Shown here piece after piece: positions 39,166 through 51,484 of a stretch of 64,000 bases of DNA. Under the pieces are notes generated by a model, which ran no database searches, had not been told where the DNA came from, and saw nothing but the letters and a program-made list of their open reading frames with translations. A program made the position numbers and the translations under genes. Position 1 is the stretch's first letter; every line of letters starts with the position of its first letter. The stretch is from Eledone cirrhosa (Eukaryota), in the NCBI GenBank assembly GCA_964016885.1, contig OZ024742.1, positions 210,242,001-210,306,000 on the forward strand, in the 5' to 3' direction.

Positions 39166-39348
39166 ATAATCATAGAAAAGATAAAGGCAAAACAAAGTAC
39201 TTGGATAGAATAAGAATTTCAGAAAGAGTAGGATAACATTCACAGTATGTTGGTAACTAAAGGTTTGTAAATCCATTGGATAGTGTTTTGGAGCATAATC
39301 TATAATATCCATGTTTATATCAGCTGCTTCAACCAGACATTTGTTTAA

Positions 39349-39556
39349 CCCTTTAGCATTTACATTACTCTATATTTACTATTGTATTTTCACAGTAAAG
39401 GCTTTACCTCACATAATATCAAATCTATGAGATTTTGAAATTATTTATTTTGAGAACAATACCTTAACATTGGTATGAGTGGCCAGTTACAGCCAGCTTG
39501 AACAGAAAGAGGTGAGAGAATTCTGGCCAGATAGAGCTGGTTTAAATGCTGAAGGG
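39349..39556. mobile_element. piggyBac-like MITE with TTAA TSD
   Basis: ttaa|ccctttagcatt...aatgctgaaggg|ttaa. Second copy at 49300-49505. Confidence 0.8.
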
Positions 39557-41406
39557 TTAAAGCTGAAGTATTTCCAAGTCTTGAAAATGAAGTCTGGTCT
39601 TTGGGACATTATTATGGTTAGATTATCAATGTTTTGTTGCAATGAAAGTTATTGTTTACGGGCATATGCATAGCTTTGTGGTTAAGAAGTTCACTTCACA
39701 ATACATGGTTCAGAGTTCAATTTCACCATGTGACACATTGGGCAAATGTTTTTTACTATAACTTTGGCTTGACCTAAGAGTATTGAGTGAAAATGATGAA
39801 AGCTGTGTGGAAGCCCATTAAACTGTATTTGTTTTTGCATGGTAGGTTTGATGTCTCCTAGTTCGACATTACCACTTGGCTTTTGGGTGGTGCTTTTGGA
39901 AGAGTCCACTCTGTTGCAAGTATTGGAACCAAGATTTCTGCACGAGAATAACTTTATATCTTGATAAACTCCTTCCTACTGTAACAACCCATGAGTCAAA
40001 GACTCTACTAATGATATTGCCCTTCAACCTCTAAGCCATGGTAAAATTTGTAAAATCAGAACATGAAATAGTAGTATGGTTGAAGAAAGGAGCATAGGAT
40101 TTTGACTGGTTCGGTAAATTTACAAAAAAAAATTTGAGGGCTCGTTTTCCATTTGTGAACTATGGAGATATCTTCATTATTAATCTCTATTTCTCTCTCT
40201 AAAATATTGCTATAATATTCATGCAGTATTGGAAATGGATTTTAAGAACTGCAGGTACACTAAGGGTTGTGAGGCTGAAGTTGGGAAAGTTGATGTTAAA
40301 AACCACCACCATACCCATGAAAAACTGAAAAGTGAGGGAATAGTGTCTTTTTGTGAATGGTTTCATTCTTGCATTCATACCTTGTTATCACATTTTTAAT
40401 GAAAGACACTGTCTATGATTTTCAAATGATTTTGAAAATAATCAAGAAAATGGAAGGATTTAGAAGTATAACTAGCTTTTTCATTATCAAATCTTTTGTT
40501 ATCATATTTCTAATAAAAGACATTGCCTATGGTTTTAAAAAACTTTGAAAATAATTCAGAATCGGGAGGAATTTAGTAATATAATTAATTTTCTCATTAT
40601 TAAACAGCTGTTTAGAACAAAACAAAGGTTATTACATAAATTTATGATGGAAGGTTTTTACATAAATATAAAGACTTTTAAAAAAGTGTATAATAAAACT
40701 AGGGGCATTTTCAGGTGGTTTGGTATCAAAAGGGTTAAGCTGCTATTTGGAGTATAACTTAACAAGGGATCTGACATAAAATTATGATTGATGCTTTTTT
40801 AGATAAACAGTTTTTTATTTTATAACCAGGAGTGATTTCAGGCAGTTTTGTATCAAAAGGCTTAAGAAAATTGTATATCTGTTATATTTTCATAAAAAAA
40901 TCTTTAAAATGAAACTCTTTCAATGGAATGGCATGCACAGACTCCAAGATTCCTTCTAAAAGTATAGATTATCAAGTAAAAGAATCACATAGAAAGCTTT
41001 TACGAACATTTTCAAAAAATAATAACTATATAATCTGAATGAAACCTGAAGAAAATTATATATCTATAATAATTAGTTCTGATTATACCATATATCATTT
41101 TTAAAATTGCAAAGATTGTTAATGTGGTTATAGTAAACTGGTAATAAATGGGTTCATATCATTGAGGTAGAAATGTTTGAGTAATCTTTCTCATATTTTT
41201 TTGTATAAGAGATGTGAGAATGACAGAAATAAAAACTAACACACACTGTTTTTAAGTTATATCTTATACAACCATTATTGTGGTTAAAAAGTAGGACATA
41301 TAAATATTCTATGGTGTATCAAACAAAATTAGAAAAACTTTCTTTTGCATTTTTTGGTTCGTTTTTGTTTTAGCTTTTGTGTGTGTGTGTGTGTTTTTTT
41401 TATTAC

Positions 41407-41524
41407 CTTCATTAGATTCCAATTTTTTATTATCTAATTCCTTTTCCAAAATCTCCATCTCCTGTTCTTTTTCCTCCAAACAAGACTGCAATTTAAACAA
41501 CTGATTGGAAACAATTTCCAATTT
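41407..41524 (-). CDS. CCHCR1: CCHCR1-like exon (KLEIVSNQL..KLESNE)
   Basis: tttccag acceptor, gtaata donor, 118 nt. Confidence 0.85.
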
Positions 41525-43219
41525 CTGGAAACAAAAAATCAGTAGACATATGTAATTTCTTTCTATTGGTTTCAGCAAAACCAGTTAGTTAACAAATAAA
41601 TGTCAGGAAACATAAAGAATTCTATTTTGACCAATATGCTCCACTTTATACTTAGCAAAATTAAGAGCTAAAAATAATCTGTTAAATTCTCCTTACCTTA
41701 GTAATATGACTACACTACAACTAAAGAATCAAAAGAATGCAGTGTAGCAATAATAATGAAGTATAGAAATAGAGTAGTTATAGTTTACTTTGGGGGAAGG
41801 GGCAGTATGTGTGTGAGTAGATGTGTATGTGTGCGTCTGTGTGTATGTGTTGTGTGTGTGTATTGTCTGTGTGTATATCTGTGTGTGTGTGTGTGTATCT
41901 AGGTGTCTGTCTGTCTGTCTGTGGCAATCCTACGTGTGTCTGTGTGTCTGTCTGTGGCAATCCTACTGCAGTAGAGAAATAATATTACAATTGTATTGTA
42001 GTTTAGTGATCCTCTAGGAATGGTATTAAAATGTTTGATAGTATATAGGAATAACCTAAGAAGAGAATAGTTTTGTTGTGTAGCCTCCCATCAGCCTTGA
42101 TGAAGTAAACATAGTGACTGAAACCATCTCAGCCATAACCATTCTACTTCTTTTTCAGAGATATATGTAGGGCTACATTATTCAATATGTTCATCATTTC
42201 TTAAAAGATGCTATTGTGTAATTTGATGGAAATTTGACTGTTGTTTGGTTAAAGTTAAATGGGATGTTCTTTTAGTCTCAAATCAACCCTGGTCAAGCAG
42301 AACTATGATAATAGACATTCCAGTTGTGTGACCATTCCATCGTTCTTTTCAAACATAGTGTATTTAGGATCAAATTATCTAACATATCATTTCGGTTTTT
42401 TTTTTCAATATATATATATATACAGGTAAACACGAATGACCATGGGATTTGTACCTAGAAAGATCCCCTCTGAGGCACAAATCCGGACAAGAACTCACAA
42501 CCTCACAATTGTAAGCCTGATGCCCTAACCATTAAGCCATAAGTCTGCGCAAGGTTGTTTGTGGAAGACCAGCAGTCACCCATGCATACCAGTCTCCCCT
42601 CTCCATCCCACCAATGCTGTCCAAGGGAAAGGCAAATGCCGATACAGCTTGGCACCAATGATGTTGTAACTCACTTCGTCACAAATATGAAAAAAGGATT
42701 TTATAAGCTTTTACAAGAGCAACCATTATAATTATTTAAAACCCTAGGGTATAGAAATAAATTCTCAATAAAAAAAAGAACATAATCAACATCCCAATTT
42801 CAATTTCTGTTCTTGAACATTCCTAAGAAAGTCAAGAATTATGTGACTTGTCAGGATTTCTTTCCCTGTATATTTCAGAGAACTTCTAGCAAGAAATGCT
42901 AGAAATAGTAATCAAATCTTCTTCAAATCACACCATACCATTTAAATAAATGCCTTTCGTCACAGATGTTTACCCAACCAAGGATGATTTGATGATTACT
43001 AACACCATACTCATATATTTTCCTACTTCCACAACTTGGTGTAACAATCCTTTAATTAATTTCCAGGACAGAGGATATTATGTCTAAGATTAATTGACAA
43101 TTTTTATCTCTTACCAGATGTCAAAATACTATATTAAGTCAGTTGGTATATTAAATATATCTTAGTTAATAGCATACTCTTCACTAGTTACTCATAAGTT
43201 TTTTTCAAACATGAAACAA

Positions 43220-43442
43220 ACTACCTGCATCAGTTGTTAGCGGCCGAAACACTGCATCCCTTAAAACCTCCCTGCTCCCTGAAATTTGCCAACACCACAA
43301 CTGATATCCCCCCTCCATACACACGCACACAGTGTTCATTTTCCTGACATTTGTACATTATACTATGTACTATACATGTACCTTTGATGAGTTGTAGTGC
43401 ACCTGAGCACTGTAGACAATAATTTCATTATTATTATTATTA
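43220..43442 (+). mobile_element. CR1-like LINE 3' end with (ATT)n tail
   Basis: Matches 55245-55485. Confidence 0.75.
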
Positions 43443-43614
43443 AAAGAACTACTATAATATTCTCAAAAACTGATGTTGATAGGAAATATAAAGTTGAATT
43501 GGTTCAGTGAAATGACACTAACAGGTCAAAAACCATCTAATAAATATATACTATAAAATGTAAAAATATATATAATTGTATAACTAAAAGTAAAATGTAA
43601 TATAAATTACTTAC

Positions 43615-43685
43615 TTTTGAATTTTCCTGGAAAGATATATTGCCCTTATGCAGTTCTTCATTTAGATGAGAGACTTGCAGTTCAT
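43615..43685 (-). CDS. CCHCR1: CCHCR1-like exon (ELQVSHLNEELHKGNISFQENSK)
   Basis: tttgtag acceptor, gtaagt donor, 71 nt. Phases fit both neighbours. Confidence 0.82.
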
Positions 43686-43859
43686 CTACAAATTTATTAA
43701 AAGATACAGTTTTAATATGAAAACGTTAATTAAAAAACTGGAGATCAAATTACTCTATTGGAAAAATTGTGCATATATCATATGATGTGTCTCATGATGG
43801 ATATGTGGTTTTTGAAGTTAGCGCTGTCAGAAATAAAAGTTAGAGTCTTAGAGTCTATC

Positions 43860-44100
43860 AAAAATTAAAGATACCAGCACTCAACTCTATTTTAAGATCA
43901 CGCAGATTGCATTGGTTGGAACATGTAAACTGTAGTGGTGGGTAGATACATCGATGTACCAAGATTGTGACCCCTGGTAGATGGGGAAGGGAGTGGCCAT
44001 GTAAGACCAAGCAAGAGGTAATCAAAAATGACCTGAAAGCTTGAAACCTGGACCATAACCTATCTCTGGAACGAATGCTTGTTACAAGTAAAAAAGACAT
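43860..44100 (+). mobile_element. Decayed RTE LINE 3' fragment
   Basis: RLHWLEHV..G.WGR.WP..T similar to RTE C-terminal RLRWYGHV..GRPRKTW. Confidence 0.55.
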
Positions 44101-44667
44101 TAAACCAGACGATAAAGTAACTATCTATTTGCTAAAGAAATATGAAATATTGTTCAAATATTCTCATTGTTCTAAACTCTCAACAAAGTATTGAACATGT
44201 CCAGTTTTACTTACACAGCAGCAAAGCAGTAACAAATAAAACATGTCGATGATATAGAACGAATTTGGTTAGTAATTGACAAGTAGTGTAGTGGCTTACT
44301 ACAGAAACATGAAATCCACCCACATAAGAATATGTTTTCTAACACAGGTGCAAGGCCACACATATTGAGGCCTAGTATTCCACTGGTATGTTTTTCTTTT
44401 ATGTCATTTTCTGGAGAATGTACAGCACTGATAAGCTATTCAACTCTGGAAAGATGACAAGAAAATCAACCTTGGTGTGAGATAACTCAGAACAGGATAT
44501 AACTAAATGTTGTTTGACATTGCATTTATATCACTCTATAATTTCTGCCACTCAGTTCCCAATAACAATTATTATTTATAACCTTGATTTGAAAAAGATA
44601 TATAGGTGTGCCACACCAAGGGCGAAGGGTGCGTGCATGCGTTATAGAATCCTGAGTTAATCAATTG

Positions 44668-44935
44668 CGTCAGTTGAAGCTAGCAGAATTGTGGCTGCTT
44701 ACTAAATCGTAGACACATAAAAAGATAACACACACACACACACACAAACATACACACAAATACACGACAGCGTCGGTTGAAAGCAAGCAGAAATTTGGCT
44801 GCTTACTAAATCGTAGACACATAAAAAGATAACACACACACACATACACACAAACACACCACAGCGTCAGTTGAAGCAAGCAGAATTTTGGCTGCTTGCT
44901 AAACCGTAGTCACATAAAAATATAACACACACACA
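44668..44935. repeat. ~95-100-bp tandem repeat x3
   Basis: gcgtcagttgaagc.agcagaa..tggctgcttactaaatcgtagacacataaaaagataac(ac)n repeated. Confidence 0.85.
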
Positions 44936-46337
44936 CTAGATAACACTACATGCGGCTTTGACCGGGAGGGTCATTTAGAGGGAATTTGGGGGGGGGGGGG
45001 GGGGGGCTATGGCTGCACAGCCCCACTTTCCACGATTGGACTGCATGCCATACTTTCCAGGTTACCATTTGCCACTATGCCACACATGTGCATGTGAATG
45101 AGCATATGTGAATACATGATTGTAACATACACCATTGTAATATGATGATATGGTGGTGGAGGAGTAGGGTACTGGCAGCGACAGAGGTGATGGTGGTGGT
45201 GGTGGTGGATGGCACATGTGACAGCAGAAGTGGTGATGGTGGCAGTGGTGATGGTGATGGTGGTGCTGGTGGTTGCAACATTAGCAACTAAGTTGCTGCT
45301 CTACAAGCCTTTCAAGAAACAAATATGAATTATCTATTTATAAACTGAGAAACAGAATAGAAAGACAAAATGGTTGTACAGACATAAACAGCCACACAGA
45401 CAGCAAAGATAAAGCATAAAACAATAGCAATGGTTTGGAATAAAAACATTTAAAACAATGATATATAACTGAAATTTCAACACTGACATGGATTTTAACT
45501 ATCATCATCACAATAATAAAAAATAACAGCATCAAACTCTACTTCAGTAATAGCCCCATAGATAGAGTTCATGGGTGATAAAGGAAGTTTAATAATAAAG
45601 TATCAAGTGATGGTGACAATCTGGGCAAACTGCAGCTCATGGTCCACTTGCAACCTGTTTGGCTTTCTGAATGGCAAGCCTAATTTCAAAATTGCCTTGA
45701 ATATTTTAGTAGTGTGGCCCACCTTGTGATGAGCCACACCCTATGTGGTCCACTGCTCGAAAAAGGTTGCCAAAAAGGTTGCTGTAAATTTTAGCCACAA
45801 AGCAAATTTGTTACTTATAACTTACCCACCCCCACCCCTGCTAAAACATCTATAACACTTGTAGAATACATAGCAACAAAAGTAAAAAACAATGTACAAA
45901 CACACTTAGAGCAATCATAGGTACCACATTTGACCCACATTTGACCATACACATCTACAGGCACACATGATTAGTCATATCCTATGCAGCTCACTCCTTG
46001 AAAACGATTGTTCATGCCTGATTTATGTGTATGTTAATAATATAGCACAGGAGCAGTGAATGCAAAGGATATAAATAGATTGGGTATAAATATATTAAGT
46101 TTAGTTTATTATCTGCGCAATTCTCATTTTACAACAAAGAAGAACAATTTTTTTTTTCAAAACATAATTGAGAATATAATTCCATTTTAGAAAGGTCATA
46201 GGTAAGAATTAATCAACCTGGAGGGCCAACATTGCAAGGTCTGCGTAAAACAAAAAGTTTGAGGCTTCACTCAAAGAAACAAGCAAACATATTTACAATT
46301 ATACAATCTCTACTCCTATAGTGATCTGATGCTATAA

Positions 46338-46940
46338 CAACAAAGTACCCAGTCCATCATTCCTGTAAATTGGTTGTGTTAGTGACACGAAAAAAAGCAC
46401 CTAGGCCACCGTGTAGAGTGGTCGTGTTTGTGACACAACAAATAAGCACCCAGTTCACTCTGTATGGTGGTCGTGTTGGTGATATGACAAAAAGTATGCA
46501 ATCCATTCTCTAAAGTGGTCATGTTTGTGACATAACAAAAAGCACCGTCACCCTGTAAAATGATTGGTTGTGTTGGTGACACAACAAAAAGCACCCAGCC
46601 CACCCTGTAAGGTGGTCATGTTAGTGACGCAACAAAAATCACCCAGTCTACCTTGTAAAGTGGTCGTGTTGGTGACACGACAAATAAACATCCAGTCCAC
46701 CTGTAATGTGGTTGTGCTGGTGACACAATGAAAATGTACTTAGTCCAACCTGTTGGATGGTTGTTACGGTACCATGATAAAAAACACCCAGTCTATGATG
46801 TAAATGTGGTTGGTGTTAGGAAGGGCATCCAGCCATAGAAACCTAACCAGAAACAGTTCTGACTTGTTTCGTGATGGGACAACTTGTCTAAATAGCATGG
46901 TAAATGGTCATTAAACGATGATGATGATGATGATGATGAT
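46338..46940 (+). repeat. ~50-bp tandem array (~9 units) derived from a SINE internal segment, ending in the SINE/RTE (ATG)n tail
   Basis: caacaaaaagcacccagtccaccctgtaaagtggtcgtgttggtga repeated. A similar shorter array lies at 55960-56150. Confidence 0.75.
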
Positions 46941-46990
46941 AATAAATACAAGAATATTAGATAAAATTTAATATCAAACTTTTACATTAC

Positions 46991-47112
46991 ATTTTGCTTT
47001 TTCTATTTGCATTCTCTCCTCAACTCCAGCAGTGATATCTGAAAGTTGTGCAGCAAGCGAATCTCGTTCTTTCTGCACTTGCTGCAACTCTACCATTATG
47101 TGATCAGGAATC
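46991..47112 (-). CDS. CCHCR1: CCHCR1-like exon (IPDHIMVELQQVQKERDSL..EKAK)
   Basis: ttttgcag acceptor, gtaatg donor, 122 nt. Confidence 0.88.
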
Positions 47113-48291
47113 CTGCAAAAGACAATTATTTATTGAAATTACAAATGGGGCGGTTGTAAATGTAAAAGAGAAAACAAATCATATTCATCAATACTCATCA
47201 TTAAACCATATTTTGAGCAGATAATGAAGCTCATACGGTGGATCGATGCAGTTCTCACATTTTAATATACAGCTTCAAGCAAACATCTGTCACCTAAGGC
47301 AAATTCTCTGAAATATACTTTGTTCGTACATGTGTCAAAGATATGACAACTTCACTAACATTGGTGCTATAAAATGCACTGGGTAAAGCATGGAATCATG
47401 TCAAGGACCTGGCTCACCTGGAAGTCAGTGGTTCCACTTGACCACTGGCTGGTCTATGACATGTCCAACCCTTGCTAGCAGGGAAAACAGACACTAAATA
47501 ATGATGATGATGATGATGATGATGGTGATGATTTTTTTTTTTAATACTTTCTTCATAACTTTGTTAATTAATTCAATATATTTACATCACTTTACATAAA
47601 TAAGTGTAAAATTACATACACATGTACACCAGGTCTGAACACAGAGGAACCAAACTCCCACCATCATTGCCTCTATCCCTCCCCATCTCTCACTATTATG
47701 AGCAAATGGGGTCCCACGTGCTGGCCACTCTGCAGCCACAGCAGACAGAATAGAGAAGGCATTTCCCCAGAGGATGGTGAGGGAGATGCAGTGGAAGTGC
47801 AATTCCAGCTCCCAAGGCTCACACCTGCAGCTAGCCATATTTCATCTTAACCTATCTATTTGTAATTTGACAGAGATTTGGTTGTTATTTCAAAATAGTT
47901 GTGTGCTTATGTAGAAGTTCCAATATTGACTCATAAAGCTTGTGAAATTTATCAAGCCACCTACCATATATACTTGAATATAAGCCAATCTGAATATAAG
48001 TTGAGCCTGTATTTTATGTTAGAGAAATCAGTAAAATCCAAACCCCATTTATAAACTGAGGCAACTAATCAACACATGTTTAGATGGTACGGTTTTAAAA
48101 TTCTCATGAGTATAGAATATATTTATGAAGTTTTAATATTATGATATTTAAAATGTTTAAGTGCTGCTTAGAGTATAGTTTTTGTTTCACCACTCCATTA
48201 CATATTGATTTTTTACCAATTTCCAATCATTCTGAAGGCCATGTCCATTCAAAACATATGAAAGATAATACAAAATACAAATTTCACATCA

Positions 48292-49106
48292 AAAGTAAAA
48301 CCAGTGAAATATTCAACACTAAAGTAAAACCAGTGAAATATTCAACACTAAAGTAAAACCAGTGAAATATTCAACACTAAAGTAAAACCAGTGAAATATT
48401 CAACACTAAAGTAAAACCAGTGAAATATTCAACACCAAAGTAAAACCAGTGAAATATTCAACACTAAAGTAAAACCAGTGAAATATTCAACACCAAAGTA
48501 AAACCAGTGAAATATTCAACACCAAAGTGAAACTAGTGAAATATTCAACACCAAAGTGAAACTAGTGAAATATTCAACACTAAAGTAAAACTAGTGAAAT
48601 ATTCAACACCAAAGTAAAACCAGTGAAATATTCAACACCAAAGTGAAACCAGTGTAATATTCAACACCAAAGTGAAACCAGTGTAATATTCAACACCAAA
48701 GTGAAACCAGTGAAATATTCAACACCAAAGTAAAACCAGTGAAATATTCAACACCAAAGTGAAACTAGTGAAATATTCAACACCAAAGTGAAACCAGTGA
48801 AATATTCAACACCAAAGTGAAACCAGTGAAATATTCAACACCAAAGTGAAACTAGTGAAATATTCAACACTAAAGTAAAACCAGTGAAATATTCAACACC
48901 AAAGTAAAACCAGTGTAATATTCACCTCCAAAGTGAAACCAGTGTAATATTCACCTCCAAAGTGAAACCAGTGTAATATTCACCTCCAAAGTAAAACCAG
49001 TGAAATATTCACCTCCAAAGTAAAACCAGTGTAATATTCACCTCCAAAGTGAAACCAGTGTAATATTCACCTCCAAAGTGAAACCAGTGTAATATTCACC
49101 TCCAAA
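48292..49106. repeat. 29-bp minisatellite, ~28 copies
   Basis: aaagtaaaaccagtgaaatattcaacacy repeated head to tail with no spacers. Confidence 0.95.
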
Positions 49107-49299
49107 GCAAAAATATTTTAGCACCTCATTTACATAGAATTTTGAAGTTCGTGAAAATCAGCAATATTTTGACCACAAATAAATGCTGACACTCCATTTT
49201 ACTATTGATTTTTTTTTTTTGTCACATACTTCTCAGCTTATATATGAGAATAAACAGTAATTCTGCTAAGTGGTGTGTAGGTGTGTTAGTAAGAATTAA

Positions 49300-49505
49300 C
49301 CCTTTAGCATCTACATTACTCTATATTTACTATTGTATATTGACAGTAAAGGCTTTATCTCACATAATATTGAACCTATGATTTTTTGATACCATTTATT
49401 TTGAGAACAATAGTTAATGTTGGATTAGAAGCCAATTACGGCCAGTTTGAACAGAAAGAGGTGAGAGAATTCTGGCTGGATATGGCCGGTTTAAATGCTA
49501 AAGGG
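49300..49505. mobile_element. piggyBac-like MITE with TTAA TSD
   Basis: ttaa|ccctttagcat...atgctaaaggg|ttaa. Confidence 0.82.
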
Positions 49506-50841
49506 TTAATGTGTCCCACAGCAATATTAAATTGTTCATCAACATACTACTGTTATGTTCCTTTGATCACCCAGTTATTGTGCAGCACCAGCTCATCTTT
49601 CAAAAAGAATTGATTAAAGGAGTTTTAGCTGTGACCATCACATCTTTTTGTATATCTAAAGCAACACTGTCCAATGTGTTCTTCCTTTTTGAAGATGGCA
49701 GAATGAGATTTGTAGGTAATTTGGCTGCTATGTCTAGCAGGAATCACAGATTTTTTCGTTTGTATAAATAGGATGTTATATTTTTGCTGGAGCAATTGTT
49801 TTTTTACAGCTGAATGCTATCCCTGCTGAACTAGGAGTTACGATTTTTTTTAATTTATTTTTGTTCACAACAATTTCTAAGATTTGAACCTACCACCACT
49901 ACACTTCATGAAAAAATATCAAAAGAAGTTTACACACACATCTATATATCATTTAGTAGCAGCACTAACACAGTATAATTCATAATGATCACAGTTTAAG
50001 ATACCCCCAATACAATACATAATTATATTGTATATGCTTTCATAAACACCTCTAATATTTTTTTTTTCTCCAAAATGGCTGACTGGATACACACATGCTC
50101 TTTCTAAAAAAAAATGCTTATTCTGTTCCTTCCTTTTCTTACTTTCTATTTCATCTTTTATTTCTCATTCAATCTCTATATCAAGTATTAAACTAATATT
50201 TCTTCATTGTACTGTGTGGTTTGCTTTTCTGTTTCCATTTACTCTTTGCATACACACACGTGAGTGTGTGTGTGTGTGTGAGTTGTTATAAATAACAAGA
50301 TGACACAAGATTGAGTTAATTTTCTGTATTACAAAAGATCTACTCACTAATATAAGTTTATGCAGCAAGAGATCAGAAATGTTGTGGAATAAAGAGGTCC
50401 CTTTTGTCTGCGGTGTCACAATGGAATTTACTCAGTACCACCCCCACTGCACCCCATAACATGATGAGTGAACAGACCATAGACTAAAACAACACAGAGT
50501 AGAGACAACCTTCTAGTGTTGGTGTCATGATAAAATGCACCTAGCACATGCTGCAATGTGGTTGGCAATCAAACAGAAACAATGTAGGTAGAGAGAACTA
50601 TTCAGTCTGGTCGAGCAAATAACCTCTCTAGTGCTGGTATCATGATAAAATGTACTCAGTACACTCTGTACAGCCATACAGACCATACCAAATGCAGAAC
50701 ATATGAACAAGAGGAGTTTACTCCAACCTGTCTAGTCATGGACCATGACAACCTGTCCAACCAAAGCCAGCATGGAAAACAGACTTAGAATGATGATGAT
50801 GATGATGATATATTACTGAGCTACATAGATACAATACATAC

Positions 50842-50944
50842 CTTTCTAAACAATTTCCTGGTGTTACTGACACTTCAGAATCTTTCTCCTCCTGCTCTGT
50901 TTGCTGTTGAAGATTTGACAAATATTTCTGTTTTGCCATAATAT
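50842..50944 (-). CDS. CCHCR1: CCHCR1-like exon (IMAKQKYL..GNCLE)
   Basis: ctgttag acceptor, gtatgt donor, 103 nt. Confidence 0.85.
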
Positions 50945-51484
50945 CTAACAGAAGAAACCATTTAAAATAATGTACACAAAAAAGAATTCTTAATCATTTC
51001 AAATGTCCATCTTAGTTGAAGAAAGAAAACAAAAACTTAGTATCAATAGTTAATGACTCTCAAAGAAAAAGGAGAATAATTTCAAGAAATTGAGATTATA
51101 TTTCATAAAATTACTTTACACTTAGAGCAAAATTTGACCTCTGATAGTAGGAAATGCAGCAGCTACAGACAGATTTCAGTTTTATTGGACTTTATGCAAT
51201 AACAATTATAATCTAAGCATACGAATCAATTTTGTTAAATTTTCTCTTAATTTCTTGAAATTACCTCCCCTTCCCTTTCAGAATCAGAAACAATTACAGC
51301 TAGAGGAAAATGTTTATTAATTGAGAATTTTTTTGTGTGTGCCTTTCAGTACATTATACCTTAAAGATTTATTATATACAGCATGGAATTAAAGCTAAGT
51401 TTAGATACTAATATCTAAAATTATTCAAAGTAAGAAACTAGAATAGTTCATCATGTGCCCATAAAGCTAACCTAACCAGGAAAA

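Noticed and set aside
44987-45006. G20 run as a functional G-quadruplex
   Set aside because: A homopolymer within a repeat remnant. Nothing supports a function.
48292-49106. CRISPR-like array of 29-bp repeats
   Set aside because: The repeats are contiguous with no unique spacers, there are no cas genes, and the site is a eukaryotic intron.
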